Below are positions 1 through 11,900 of a DNA stretch of 51,339 nucleotides, piece after piece. The translations under genes were made by a program, and so were the position numbers. Each line of letters opens with the position of its first letter. Within the stretch, counting starts at the first letter, position 1. Under the pieces are notes generated by a model. That model made no database searches. It saw nothing but the letters and a program-made list of their open reading frames with translations, and was not told the DNA's origin. The DNA comes from Saprolegnia diclina VS20 (Eukaryota), in contig NW_008246069.1 of assembly GCF_000281045.1 (NCBI RefSeq), positions 1,105,627 through 1,156,965 of the forward strand, read 5' to 3'.

Positions 1-3000
1 GCTTCCTCAACCGCATCTTGGACGATGTCAGTAACTGGCGCTTGTTCCACCGCATCTTGGACGGCCTCGACTGCTGGCGCTTCCTCCACCGCGATCTCGG
101 TGGCTTCTTCCGTTTGCAGTGGCGTGGCATCGTCCGACGGCAGCGCAGCTTCTTGGGTCTTGGCCTCGACAACGCCGTCGATGCTGGGTTCAGTCGGAGC
201 CGAGTCTGCTGCAGTTGTCGAGTCGTTGGTCGGCGCGGGCTCGTCCACGACCGCTGGTGCAGTCTCGACATCGTCTAGCGGTGGCGACACATCGGCAGGA
301 CTCGCATCTTGGACGGCTTGGGGAGCTGGCGGCTGCAGGAGCGTTTTAGCGTTGTCGACGATCGGGGTTGTAAAGGAATAGCGACGTGGGGTCGATGGTC
401 GGCGTTGCGAAATGAAGTACGTTGTCGCCTCCTTGATGAGGACACTGACGTATGTGGAAGCGCACAGCTTGGCAGGAGACGGTATGCTGGAAGCATTGCT
501 TGACGATATGCCGTTGGCTGCATTTTGCGCTGGGGCGTCTTGCATTTGGACGTGGTTGGGCAGTGCTGCAGCGTCCGACGAAGGATCTACGGTTGTGTCG
601 CCTGATGATGCAGTAGAACCGATCGCGTTGTGGGCAAAAGCAAATCCATCGAAAGTTGGTACACTGTGTACGACCGCACTTGCAGAAATAGTTGCTGGTT
701 GTGCAGAGGGCTGGTCATTTTCTAGTTGTCGGGGCTGGGACGGTTTGCCCCTCGGTGGCGGTCGCGCAGTGACGTCAGCTGGCGGCAACGGGTCATCAAC
801 CCACTTCGTCGACAAGTACACCTGGGAGTTAGGTGGCACTGCCGCTGCTGCGCGTGGCACCGGGCGCGGTGGCTTGTGCACTGACTTCGGTGTGGGTCGT
901 TGTGCCGGCAGCGGCTGTGGTGCAATGTGAGACACGTCCATTTCGGCGATAGCCACTTTAAAGAGGAATGGCTCGACTTCTTCCAAGGCGCAAAGCGGCT
1001 CGAAGGCCGCATTGAGTCGGCCAGGGTCGTTGCGGAATAACCGAGCACCGTCGTCGACGTAGCAATGGACACGCGGGTACTTGACGAACGCGCTGTAGAT
1101 GATACCGTCGAGCACAGCCTCAATCTTGATGCATTTCGGGGCGTCGACGCAGCGTATTCGGAACGCCACCGACTTGCGCTTGTTCCACGAAACCGCCCAA
1201 CGATGCTCGTCTTCAGCATCGTCGTTGAACGAGGGGTAGATTGGTACTGGCCGGAACGCGATGTGTCTTCGCGCGCCAAAGCCACGGACACCCGCTTGGA
1301 TCGTGGCGACGGCATCGATCGCCGCCGCGTACGACTGTTTGGCGAGAAGCCTGCGCACGCGGCTCTGGATGACGACAGCGCTCGCTTGTCGAGTGCGTAG
1401 CTGCTGCCGAACTGCAAAGCCGCGCGCGTGGCGCTGGATGGTGGCCACAGCGTCTTGGGTCGTGTCCAAGTTTCGCCGCGTCAGAAATCCCTTGGCCCTG
1501 GCTTGAATAGCTGTCGCCGCCTTTGTTCGAACGCGGTAAGATTTGTACGCTTTCTTCTTCAGGTGACCGCGTGTGTGTGTCTGGATGGCCACGGCTGCAG
1601 TGCGGCGGCGCTCCAGCGACTGGCGGACGATAAAGCCCTTGGCTTGCTTCTGCAGCACGATTGCCGAGGCGCGCTGTTTCTCCAGCTCCTGTCGCGTGAG
1701 CATGCCTTTGGTAATGGCTTGAATCTTCTCAATGGCTTGGTGCTGCAGGCGCACGGATCGCCGAGCAAAGTACCCGCGAGCCGCGGCTTGGATCGCAACG
1801 AGCGCGCGCTGCTGCGCTGCACATTGACGGCGCGCGAGGAAGCCGCGCACAAGCGCTTGGACCCGGCGCACCGTATCCACCTGCTCGATGAGCGTTTGCT
1901 GGAGTGTCTTGCGCGTCAAGTAGCCTTTGGCGCGCGACTGGATCTTTGTAATCGCTTTGACGTGGGTCACTGGTTGGCCGTGGACGCGCTGTAGCTCCGC
2001 CACGTGGATTTGCTGCGCGTCGTCCTCGTCTGGCACGAGCGAAACTTGCGCCGCGAGTGCCTTCTGGAGCCGAGGGATGTCGTTGCGTGCCCAGGTAACG
2101 CCGTGCGCCACGTAGAGTCCCAAGAGCCGCACTGGAATGTACTTGGCGTACACGATGTCGCTGGACCAGACTTGAATTTTGACGCACGGTGGCATCGAGA
2201 GCACGGATATGTACAAGTCCATGTCGGGCGTCGATACAACGGGAGCGTTGCCGGTGCCATGCAGGCGGTCCCGACTTGCCTCGAACGTCGTCTTTTGTAG
2301 ATTTGTCGTCTGGCGGAGCTTGTGGCCCTTGTAGCAGGCTTGGATCGCGCGCGTTGCTTTGAGTTTGCTCTTGAGCGTCGCTTTGGCGAGGAGCATCCGC
2401 AAGTGCATTTGAATCGTGCGCGCCGACTTGACCTCTTGCGTCGTTTGCATGGACACCAAAAGCTCGCGGACCTGCGTCTCGGTCGCGCGACTCGTCTCGA
2501 GCTGCGCCCGGAGCTCGGTGAGCGCGGCCTCGTACTTGCGCTCGGTTTCCGACTGTTTTTGCGCCGTGAGCCGCTTGCGCTCGACCTTGAGCTTTTCGAT
2601 TTCATGCGAGAGCGCGACAACCATCGTCTTGTACTCGTCGACTTGCTCCGTGAGGCTGCGAACCTCCAGCTTCCACGACGCGACAGTTGCGTTGGCTTCG
2701 GTTTGGGGCGGTAGCGTCGGGCGCTTCAGGCCGGGTGTTGATTCTTTGTACGACCCTTTTCGCCGCTGCGTCTGGACGCGTGGCGACGGTGCGGTAGCCG
2801 GTGGCGCCCGGGGCTTCTCGACACCCACCGGTGGTGTCGATGGCGCCATCCAAGTCTCTGGTGGAAGCAACGACTCGGTGCCGTCGGACGACGGCGTAGG
2901 AGGCTTTGGTGTCCGCGGTGGGTTCATGTAGGAGAGTTGTTCGAGCGCCGAGACTTCGCGCGCGTGGAGCACTTGAGACACCGCTTCTTGGGCGGCAGTG

Positions 3001-4458
3001 AGCATCCCGCCTTGGTATTCTTGCTGGGCCTTGGAAAGCGCTAGCATTTGCTCCAGCTCCTGCACACGACTCTGTAGAGCAATGAGGTCGGCGTGTTGCG
3101 TCGTCATGTCCGCATGCAACTGTTGCTTCCGGTACGCAAGCTCCATCGGCGACAGTCCCGGCTCCTTTCGGAGCACCTGGTTGGTTTGCTCGACCTGGTT
3201 CACTTTGTCGCGGAGCAGTCGAATCTCGTCGTGGCACCGCTCGATGCGCACCGACGCCTCGGCGTGCGCAAGGTCCCGGGCATCGTTTCGCGCAGCGGCC
3301 ACAAGTTTGCACTCGCGGTCTTTCCACTGCTTGAAATGGTGGCGCGTCTCGGCCAGGCACAGCACGAGGCGGTCGCGCTCGGTTTGAGCGTCGTTGAGCG
3401 TTGTCTGTAGTGCTGCTTTCTCGGCCACCGACGTTTTTTGCAGCTCTTTGAGCTCGGTGCGGACCACCGCCACTTCGTGTTGCAGCTGAAGCTTCTCCTG
3501 AAGCATCTACAGGCCCGTAGGTAGAAGATCAGCGTATGGCTAGCTAGTCGCCCAAAACGTTACCTCGTGGGCTGCGAGCTCCATCTTTTTTTGCTCGAGT
3601 TGCATCGTGCGGTGGACTTCAACGCTCTTGACTTTGGTTTCGACATACTGGTCCTTGAGCACTTCGTACTCTGTCATCAAGCACTTGTTCTTCTTGATGA
3701 GATTGCGCAGCTTTTCTTCCCGCAAGTTCACCGAGTCGAGCGCTCGCTTTTGCTCCGCCTTGGTCACCTCGAGGTCCGTTTTCATGAGCTGCGCCGCCGA
3801 CTCGAGCTTCCGCGCCCGAACGTGCAGTTCGGCGTTGCGCCCAAGGGCCGCAAAGTACTCGTCCCCCGCGTCCGTGTACGTACTACACATAAATGTCAAC
3901 TGCGATGACGGAAGTCGGCTAGTACCTCGGCGCCGTGTCGAAGCGCCGGGCGGCGCGCTCGTTGGCAAGTTCCTGCTTGAGCATCGCGATCGTTTCGTAC
4001 AGGTCTTCGCGCTGCGGGTTGGTGAACGACACGTAGGGTGACGGTCCACGCCGGGCCGGACTCTCGGCCTCGAGTCTGGCCGTCGGCGGTGGCGCGAGTG
4101 TCGCTGTTGATGGCGCCGACGGCCGGAGACCACCCGATGGCGGCGGCCCACCATCGATGAGAATCTTGTCCAAGAGCTCGAGGCTCTTCTCGAGGCTTAG
4201 GATACCCGTCTTGTTGTCGCTTTTGGACTCCATGTCGTGGCGTGGCGACGGCCAAGCATTCGTGTGGCTGGTGCCCATCGGTGCTGTTTCGGCGCGCGTC
4301 GCCGTGTCGAGCAACGGCAACGTCGTCGTCGCTTCCGCCGACGGCACCGGCGGCCGCTTCTTTCGTCCTGGGGTCGGCGGGGTCATGATGCTATTGCGGC
4401 GCGACATGCTCGGCATCGGCGCCGCCGGTTGCACGTGGCTGTTCCGTCGCGACAGCAT
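1..4458 (-). CDS. Large coiled-coil protein with about 12 IQ calmodulin-binding motifs and an acidic repetitive tail; partial, 3' end lies beyond position 1
   Basis: Spliced by eye: exon from a tentative ATG at 4458 (MLSRRNS...), GT-AG introns at 3883-3925 and 3507-3563, then an exon open from 3506 to the window edge (no terminated ORF in that frame in the track). It encodes heptad coiled coils, IQ motifs (KIQSRAKGYLTR, RVQALVRGFLAR, AIQAAARGYFAR, AIQARAKGFLTR, TIQAGVRGFGAR etc.) and QDAVE[EQ]AP-type repeats. The true start is uncertain because the frame is open further upstream. Confidence 0.8.
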
Positions 4459-5190
4459 CCCACTCGGTTTCCGCGGCAAATTCAAAGATACCCCACGGCC
4501 TTTCGGCGTTGCAAAACCGATGCCCTTCCGTATCCGGATGCCGCTGAAACCGGCAACGTGTGAAATGAAAACACGCGGCGACGTGAGAAAAGAAAGTTCA
4601 CCGTGTGGTATGTGTGTTGTACGAACGACTCTGAAAAGACGCCGCAGTTCTTGCACCTCTACACTAGTCACCGACGCACGGCTCACATTACCGCTGTGAC
4701 GTGCAGATATTGAAGACTCGTGCGCACGGTGCGCGTGCAACAGGATCGTAGAAGCGCCGGGTGCGGGAAGCCAAAACTCCGGTTTTTTGCCGAAGGTGAT
4801 TGGAACGTTCGGTGGCGCACCTGCTTGATGCTGGCGGTGGTGTCGCGCCATTACGGCGCGTACGTGGCAACACGAGGGGCCACGTCTGCGAAATCAAGCG
4901 AGCACCAACGTGCCGTTCGGTCCACGGGCACGACCTGTCGTGCGGCCCCCATGTCGCGACGACCCCATGCGCCTGTATCCCTTGTCTTTTGCTACAGTCT
5001 ATATACAGGTCTCGAGAGGACGGTGCAGCGCCGCCGCGTCTTTGACCCGGGAAGTTTGTGAGTCACGAGCGGGCCTTTCGCGTGATCGGTGTGTCGCGCT
5101 TGCGCCGTGACGACTGACGCCTGCGCATCACGCTCTTTCAGTGACCGATGTTGACTCGCGTCGCGATAGAGGCTCGGCGAACGAGACACT

Positions 5191-5197
5191 TCATTCG
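5191..5197 (+). promoter_or_regulatory. Putative oomycete Initiator (Inr-like) element
   Basis: TCATTCG, close to the oomycete YCAYTYY Inr, 34 nt upstream of the ATG at 5225. Short motif, so it may be chance. Confidence 0.3.
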
Positions 5198-5224
5198 GCA
5201 AAACATATTTTCGAGGCCACATTA

Positions 5225-5737
5225 ATGCTCGCGATGCGCGCTTGCTTTGTACTTGGCTGCAAGACGATGGCAACGGAAGAAGCTCGATCGTGCGAGGCGC
5301 ATCGCCACCGACGCCGGTGCAGCGTGCCGCCGTGCCCGCAGGCGGCAACGAGCCACCGGGCGACGCTCCATCGATGTGCGGTACCGAGCTGCGGGGCGCG
5401 CACGTACAGAGACGTGACGTGTGCTCACCACGCGCCCAAGTCGCCCCGAAACGACTGTGTCCGCCACGGCGGTGTTCGCGTCTGCACCCACGCCAAGTGC
5501 ATCCACCACCGTCGCCCAACGCCACAACATCCCCCAAGTCCTGGAGTTGCCCCGGTCGAGACACTTGTTAGCGCAGACGAGGCACCGACGCTGCACAGTT
5601 CGTATGAGCTCGACGCCGGTGCGGTCGTATCGTTCGAGATTGAGATGAGCGAAGCAGCGTTTGCACTGGACTATCCAAGCGCAGCGTTTACCTTCGGGCC
5701 CATTATGCTCGATGCCGATGTGCTTTACTTTGAGTAA
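5225..5737 (+). CDS. Oomycete WRKY19-like C-x4-C-xn-C-x2-H(GG) zinc-finger repeat protein with degenerate repeats
   Basis: Intronless frame M(LAM)RACFVLGCKTMATEEARSCEAHRHRRRCSVPPC...RCAVPSCGARTYRDVTCAHH...DCVRHGGVRVCTHAKC with an acidic/hydrophobic C-terminus ending LDADVLYFE*. Alternative start at 5234. Confidence 0.65.
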   Translation: MLAMRACFVLGCKTMATEEARSCEAHRHRRRCSVPPCPQAATSHRATLHRCAVPSCGARTYRDVTCAHHAPKSPRNDCVRHGGVRVCTHAKCIHHRRPTPQHPPSPGVAPVETLVSADEAPTLHSSYELDAGAVVSFEIEMSEAAFALDYPSAAFTFGPIMLDADVLYFE

Positions 5738-6575
5738 GAGCGACAGACTGTTCGAGTAGGATCTATAGTTCAATAGACATTATTGAGTAGTTGAGTGGTG
5801 GATGTTTGTCATTGCTACATAATACTGGTCCACAAATAGACAATAATGACGTCGCTGCCGCAAGGACGTCGCTTGTATAACTACAATAGCCTTGCGTGAC
5901 CTCTTGTACAAAAGCTCGTGGCAAACGACGAGGGTTCCATAGTGTCTTCCATCAGATTGATACGCTTGATACATTGAAGTTGCAACACAGATGCCGATAA
6001 GTCTATTACTGCTAGTACGTACGTAGGCCCATGACAAGCACCGGGAGGATGCAAGCGCATGCAAAGAACTGGAGCCCAAGGGCCCTACGCTCTCATCTAC
6101 GTGCAATACAGCAAGGTCGTTTAACCGCAGTGGGTGCCAAAGTTAGCGCCAGTTCGTTTTGGACGGCGAGGCCGTTCTCACGACACAGCTCCGATGCATG
6201 TACGATCCCACCTGCTGCCGATACATCAAAATACCACGACCCGACGTCGACGCCATGCCTGCCCGACGCTGTTTGTTTCCCGCAGGGTCAAGCTCGAGTC
6301 TTGTCAATTGGATGTGGGTACATGCAGCAGGACGACAGTAGGGCCGCTCCACGTAGCTCCCGTGGAAGCGAGCGAAGCTGAGTATAGCTGCTAGTAAGGC
6401 GTTGTACGGTTGAGTCGGCTGTATAGCTGCTATACTTATAGTACGGCGTTGTACAGTTGAGTGGGCTGCCCGTGCAGGTGCTGCTGGGTTGTGAAATTTT
6501 GAAAGGAGCAAACAACTGGTTGTTTGGCCGACTGGTCGCATTGGCCATTTTTCACTTTGCCGCAACCGACGCACG

Positions 6576-7503
6576 ATGGGCGACATCGTCGTGGCCGAGC
6601 GCAGCCTCTGGACCGACGTGCAATGGGTCTCGCCCTTGATGACCTTTGTCTTTTGGGTCGCGGCCGTCACGTGGGGCCTCTTGACGTCGCCGTCGTACCG
6701 GTACCTCGACACGTACAACCCGACGATCAGTGCGTCCATGAGGGAAGGTCGTCGACTCATGCGTCGTCCTTGTAGGCGAAGCGACGTCGCACCCGCACCA
6801 CCATAGCACCATCTCATACGTCATGGCGTGCGTGGCGTCGGCGATCTTTTGGCTCGTCGTCGTCCTCGCCGTCGAGTTTGCCGTGTACCGCGTCGGCGCC
6901 AACCGGCGGGAGTTTTTCGTACGCCTTGTCAATCTCTCGCTGGGCTGCCTCGAGGCGGTTCTCCTCACGATCGCAGCGGCGAACCTCATCAAGTTCAACG
7001 TCGGCGCGCTCCGCCCCAACTTTGCCGCTGTCTGCGCGCCTGTCCTCTCCGCCGACAACAAGACGTACACTTGCACGACGCCTCGCAGCATGTACGAGGC
7101 GTCCATGATCTCGTTTCCGTCGGGGCATACGGCAACGACGGCCGCGACGGCCCTCTACACGACGGTGCGTGCGGCTGCGTTCATGTCCAATGATGCCATA
7201 ATTTGGTGTGTTTCTGGCTGGTAGATCTACCTCCTCTGGGCACTCTATAGCCGCGATCCGCCCGCAAACGTGACGCCACGGACCATGGCGTGGTGTCGCC
7301 AAGCGCTCTTCTTCCCAGCGCTCCTGCCGCTGGGCCTTGCGATGGCGGTCGCGGTGAGTCGCGTCACCGACTGGCAGCACCACACGATCGACATCACGAT
7401 GGGCACACTCCTCGGGTATCTCGCTGCGTGCCTCTGCGCCTTCCGCGTCCTCGCCATGGGACGCGTCGCCGAGCACGCGCAAACGTTTACGACGCTCCAC
7501 TAA
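6576..7503 (+). CDS. PAP2-family lipid phosphate phosphatase (phosphatidic acid phosphatase type 2)
   Basis: Three exons (introns 6730-6775 and 7165-7224, both with GTGCGT donors). All three PAP2 motifs are intact: KFNVGALRP (C1), FPSGH (C2), SRVTDWQHHTID (C3). Several TM segments. Confidence 0.9.
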
Positions 7504-7940
7504 GGCCACATTGTCGTTGCGTGAGTCAGTATCGTAGTCGTCGTCGGGGCCAGCAAGAAGGGTGGTCGGCTTGTACATGGATAGCATCACACGCTATAAT
7601 AACGTAAACGTCAACGACTTTGCACGACACTGAGCTCTTGCAAGCTTATATCGCTACGTGGTCCTTAGGTCAGTGTCATTGCTTGCTCTTCGACCACAAC
7701 CCGCGCTACCAGATGGGCTTGACGCACCAAGGCAACGCGTCTACCACGGACCTCACGGCTCCGTTCATGCCGATTCGAGCGTACCGCTGGCTGTATATCA
7801 CTGCTTGACAAGCGATCCCTTTGTCAGCAGTCCTAGTACAGGACACGACCGATGCGCTTGCGTCGCGGGCTGCCACGTACGCCACGAGGGTATCCGAATA
7901 TCGATGGCAATCATCCGGATAACCTGAAGTTTGGTCAACG

Positions 7941-8833
7941 ATGGGGTGGCGCGCCGGCGGGGCAGCGGCCTCGACGCACCCCGGCCTGGGCGCAACGACC
8001 GTGCTCGTCGACGGTGTGCGCTTGCAGTGGCCGCTCGGCTTTCTTCCGGCCGCCGATCTTGCGACGCGCTGACGTCGAGTTTGCCAACGGTCTCGACCGA
8101 GCTTTATCACGGCCAATCTCGAGCCCGAAGGTCCTTTCCAAGCCTATTATTGCACCATCTGGAGCCCCCGGGTCGCGCATGTATCGCTGTTTTCGCGCTC
8201 TGGCTGCGTGCCCAGCTCGTGCATTTTGGCTGGGAGACGCTCGAGCGTGGGACCACTGCCTTCTTTGTGCGCAATGCAACCAAAGCGACGACGTACGAGC
8301 TGCTGCTAGAGTCCCATCTCGGCGCCAACGCCTCTCTGCGCCCCATTGTCGGTTCGCTTTGCTCTCGAGCTCTTTCGCATGCTTCGCCTCGCGCTGCTCT
8401 GTGCAGTGTCCAGCGAGTGCTTTGCGGACCGCGTCGATGTCATGTCGTGGCTCGTCGTTCGGGACGCCTACGTCGCCGACCAAGAAGACACTGCTGGCAA
8501 TGGTCGGTGGCTCTCCTGCTCTCGCTGCCAGCGTGTGTGCTCGCCATGGTCGATGCGTACGCGCTGCCGACGATGACACTGCACGACGTGCTGGCGCGGG
8601 TGCCTCGCTTTGAGGTGGTCGTACCGGCGATCATGCGGGCGATCGACCGGGCGCCAAGACTCGTTCAAGGTACCCACTCTGCGCGATGGAACAACTTGGT
8701 ATCGGCTCGGCAACCGCCGAGCGATGGCAGTGACCGCAACCGGAATCTCGTCGCGGCGACGGTCGACAACCTGCGCTGGCACGCGCAGCTCGACCCCGGT
8801 GCACGACCTCCAGCCCGGGTGCTGCACCTGTGA
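7941..8833 (+). CDS. Hypothetical multi-exon protein of unknown function
   Basis: Protein-like segments in alternating frames (LVHFGWETLERGTTAFFVRN...; SECFADRVDVMSWLVVRDAY...; CVLAMVDAYALPTMTLHDVLARVPRFEVVVPAIMRAIDR...VLHL*) separated by plausible short GT-AG introns and followed by an AT-rich spacer. Start and exon structure are uncertain; no family recognised. Confidence 0.4.
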
Positions 8834-8918
8834 GGATGTTTTAAACACATAGAAAACACATCATATTCGTTTTAAACCGTTTAAAACGTGTTCCCAAGCG
8901 GATCCATTTTCAGCGGCG

Positions 8919-11900
8919 ATGCGGTGGGACGACCGCCGAACGCGGATCGCCGCCGAGCTCGGTATCGCCTGCTGCTTCCCGGCGACCGCGCAAACGTACC
9001 TCGACGAAGACAACGCTGGTATTGTTGGCGTCTGCGTCGCGACGCCCGATGGCGCGGAACTCCGCGTCTTGGTGCTGGACAAGGCGACCGTCGCCTTGCC
9101 TCCGGTTGGCATCGACGCATTCGAGCCGCCATCCACCACCACCGACTGCAATCTCGAGCGCAGCCTTGAGAAGGTGCTGTGCATACCGCGCGAGGACGGC
9201 GCCATCCAGGTCGCTTCTTCACAGACCGGCCAGTCGCTGCAAGGGTACCTGGACATGTTCTACAGCAACGTGGCCATCACGCCAGCCAGCCCTGCGTGGG
9301 CCAAGCAGCTTTCACCAAGGGCATTTCCTCCACGCTACCGCAACTTGATCCCGCTCCTCGGCGCGTTCGAGTCGCCGACGTCCGTCTATCTCGTCTTGCC
9401 GTACGCAGCAACGTCGCTACGTGCGCACCTCCTCGCCCTGCACCAGGTACGTCTGTCGTCTATCGCCAGGGAGCTCGAGCGCCTATCGTCACATGCTAGC
9501 CATGTATGGACGAAGCGCGCGACGAGCACCAGCGCTTTCTCTTGTACCAGCTCGTGCGCGGTTTCCAAACGTCCCCTGCCCTCCCGTCGGTCGACTCCGA
9601 GTGGACCGACGTGGCCGACTCGACGCAACTGCGCTTTTTCCCAATGCATCCGTCGCGCACCGTCGACGACATGGACCCTCGGTCGCTCCTCGAGCGGTGG
9701 CGCGTCGGTGACGTCTCGAACCTCGACTATCTTTTGGCGCTCAACCACGCCGCTGGTCGCTCCATGGTACAGCATACCTCCTCGTTCGATCGAATGCACG
9801 TTCCAGCGTAAATATACGGTAGAAGCACCGCAGCGTACACCCGGTGCTACCGTGGGTCCTCGACTTTAACGGCCAGCACCGCGATTTGACGCAGTCCAAG
9901 TTTCGGCTCATGAAAGGCGATGCGCAGCTCGACCAAACGTACGCGCACACGGGCCACCATATTCCCGAAAAGTAGGACGTATTTACGCTCTCGTCCTGGC
10001 GTGTCTCATAGACGGTGGCTAGCTTGTCGGATCTCACGGTCGCCATCTACCTCGCCCGACGCCTGCCACTGCCGCTCCTCCAGTCGATTGTACGCGCCCG
10101 CTTCGAAGCGAAGGAGTACCCGTTGACGATGGCGCGCATGTACGCGTGGTCGCCCGAAGAGTGCATTCCCGAGTTTTTCCTCGATGCGACCATCTTTACG
10201 TCACGGCACGACGACATGCCGTCGCTGGACCTCCACGGCATGACGCCCGACGCGTTCTTACAGTGCCACCGCGCCGCGCTCGAGAGCCCGCACGTCTCGC
10301 GCGACCTCCACGCGTGGATCGACTTGAATTTTGGCGCCAGCCTCACGGGCGACGTCGCCATCGCGCACAAGAACGTACCGCTGCGCGGCTTTGTGCAGCT
10401 GTTTGCAGCACCGCACCCGCCGCGGCAAGTGCCCCCGACGCCAAATGCAAGCACGAGTTGCGAGCCAAGCGCAGCGCTGTTGAGCCAGTTGACCCAGGAG
10501 GCGTATGTGCTAGCCACGACGACCAAGTCGCAGACCGTGTCCTCCTTGCGCAAGGCGTCTGATTCTCTCAACTCGAGTGGCCGCCGAGGCCAGCCGTCGA
10601 CGTCGCTGCCATCGTCACCGTCGATGAGTGTGCGCTCGCAGCGGGACACTGGTAGCTTGTCGTGGATCAAACAGCTCGAGGCGTTGGACGACGACGACGC
10701 CGGAGTGTACGACGACGCGGCGCCGGCCGAGGTGTCGGACGACGTGCGACTGTGGGCGGTGCAGCCGCCTATTCTCCTGCGCGACGACGCGATCGTTGGT
10801 GCATGCGACACGTCGACCTGGACGCAGTACGAAATACGCTTGCGTCCGAGCTACCCGAGCGATGCGGACGCGCCAGTTCGCCTCGCGAGCTTGGCTGCCG
10901 AGGTGTACTTGCACCACGCGCTCTTCACCCCGCCGTCGTACCACGCGTATGTGGCGCTACGTGCCGCTAACACGGCGACGGCGTCGGCGATGCTGCTGCT
11001 GTTGCCAGCGCTGCGCCAATTACCGCCCGTGATGCAGGTACTACCTAACTGTGTTGAGTCAAACATAGCGAACGCCAAGTTTGCATCTAGGCTCTCGTGC
11101 TCTCGCTTCTCGACCCAAAGTGTCCTCGCGGCAACTTTGTTCAAAACATACTCGAAGGCGAGGTGCGACCTCCTGGCTCTACCGACGCCACGCTTATCTG
11201 GTTCATAGATGCACCCGACTGACGACGCTCTGTACCGCATGGCTCGTCGATCCCGGGCGCTCTTTGCGCCGCAGTTTGCAGCCATCTACGACGTGCTCGA
11301 GGCATCGCCGACGGCCGAGTCCGTTGTGGCTCTCAACGAGTTGGCGATGCGGGTGCCGACGCCGTTGTTTGCGCTCTTGGAGCCGCTACTGGCGCCGCTT
11401 TTAAGCGACGTGGTTTCGGCCGCAGACGTCTTTTCGACGCTCGTGGCCAAGCTCGGCAAAGAGGTGTCGTTGGCTCGGTACGAAGCCCGTATCGTGCGGC
11501 TCTACGAAGGCTGCGTCGACGACTGCGCGCGCATTTGGCTTCTGTCGACCGCGCCGGACGGACTGCTCTGGCTTCTCTGGCATTCGTGGGGCTCGGGTTT
11601 TCTGCTCACTCACATGGTGCCCGTGCTTCTCGAGTGGTGGCGACGCGGCAGCCTTCACGTGCGCTTGGTTGCCGGCTTTGCACTCGTACGTTGCCGTTCA
11701 TTCACAAACGATGGTGCATATTCGATATGAACTAGGCCCAGCTCGCCTCGAGCCACATGCTTGGCACGGCCTTGGCCGAGCAGCGCATTTTGCCAAAGAT
11801 GCTGCATGCCATCAGTAAGCCCAAAGTTGGCGGCTGCACGCACGACCAGGACGCGTTTTGGCGTCAGCGGCACCCGCCGCACACAACGTCCATGGGCATC

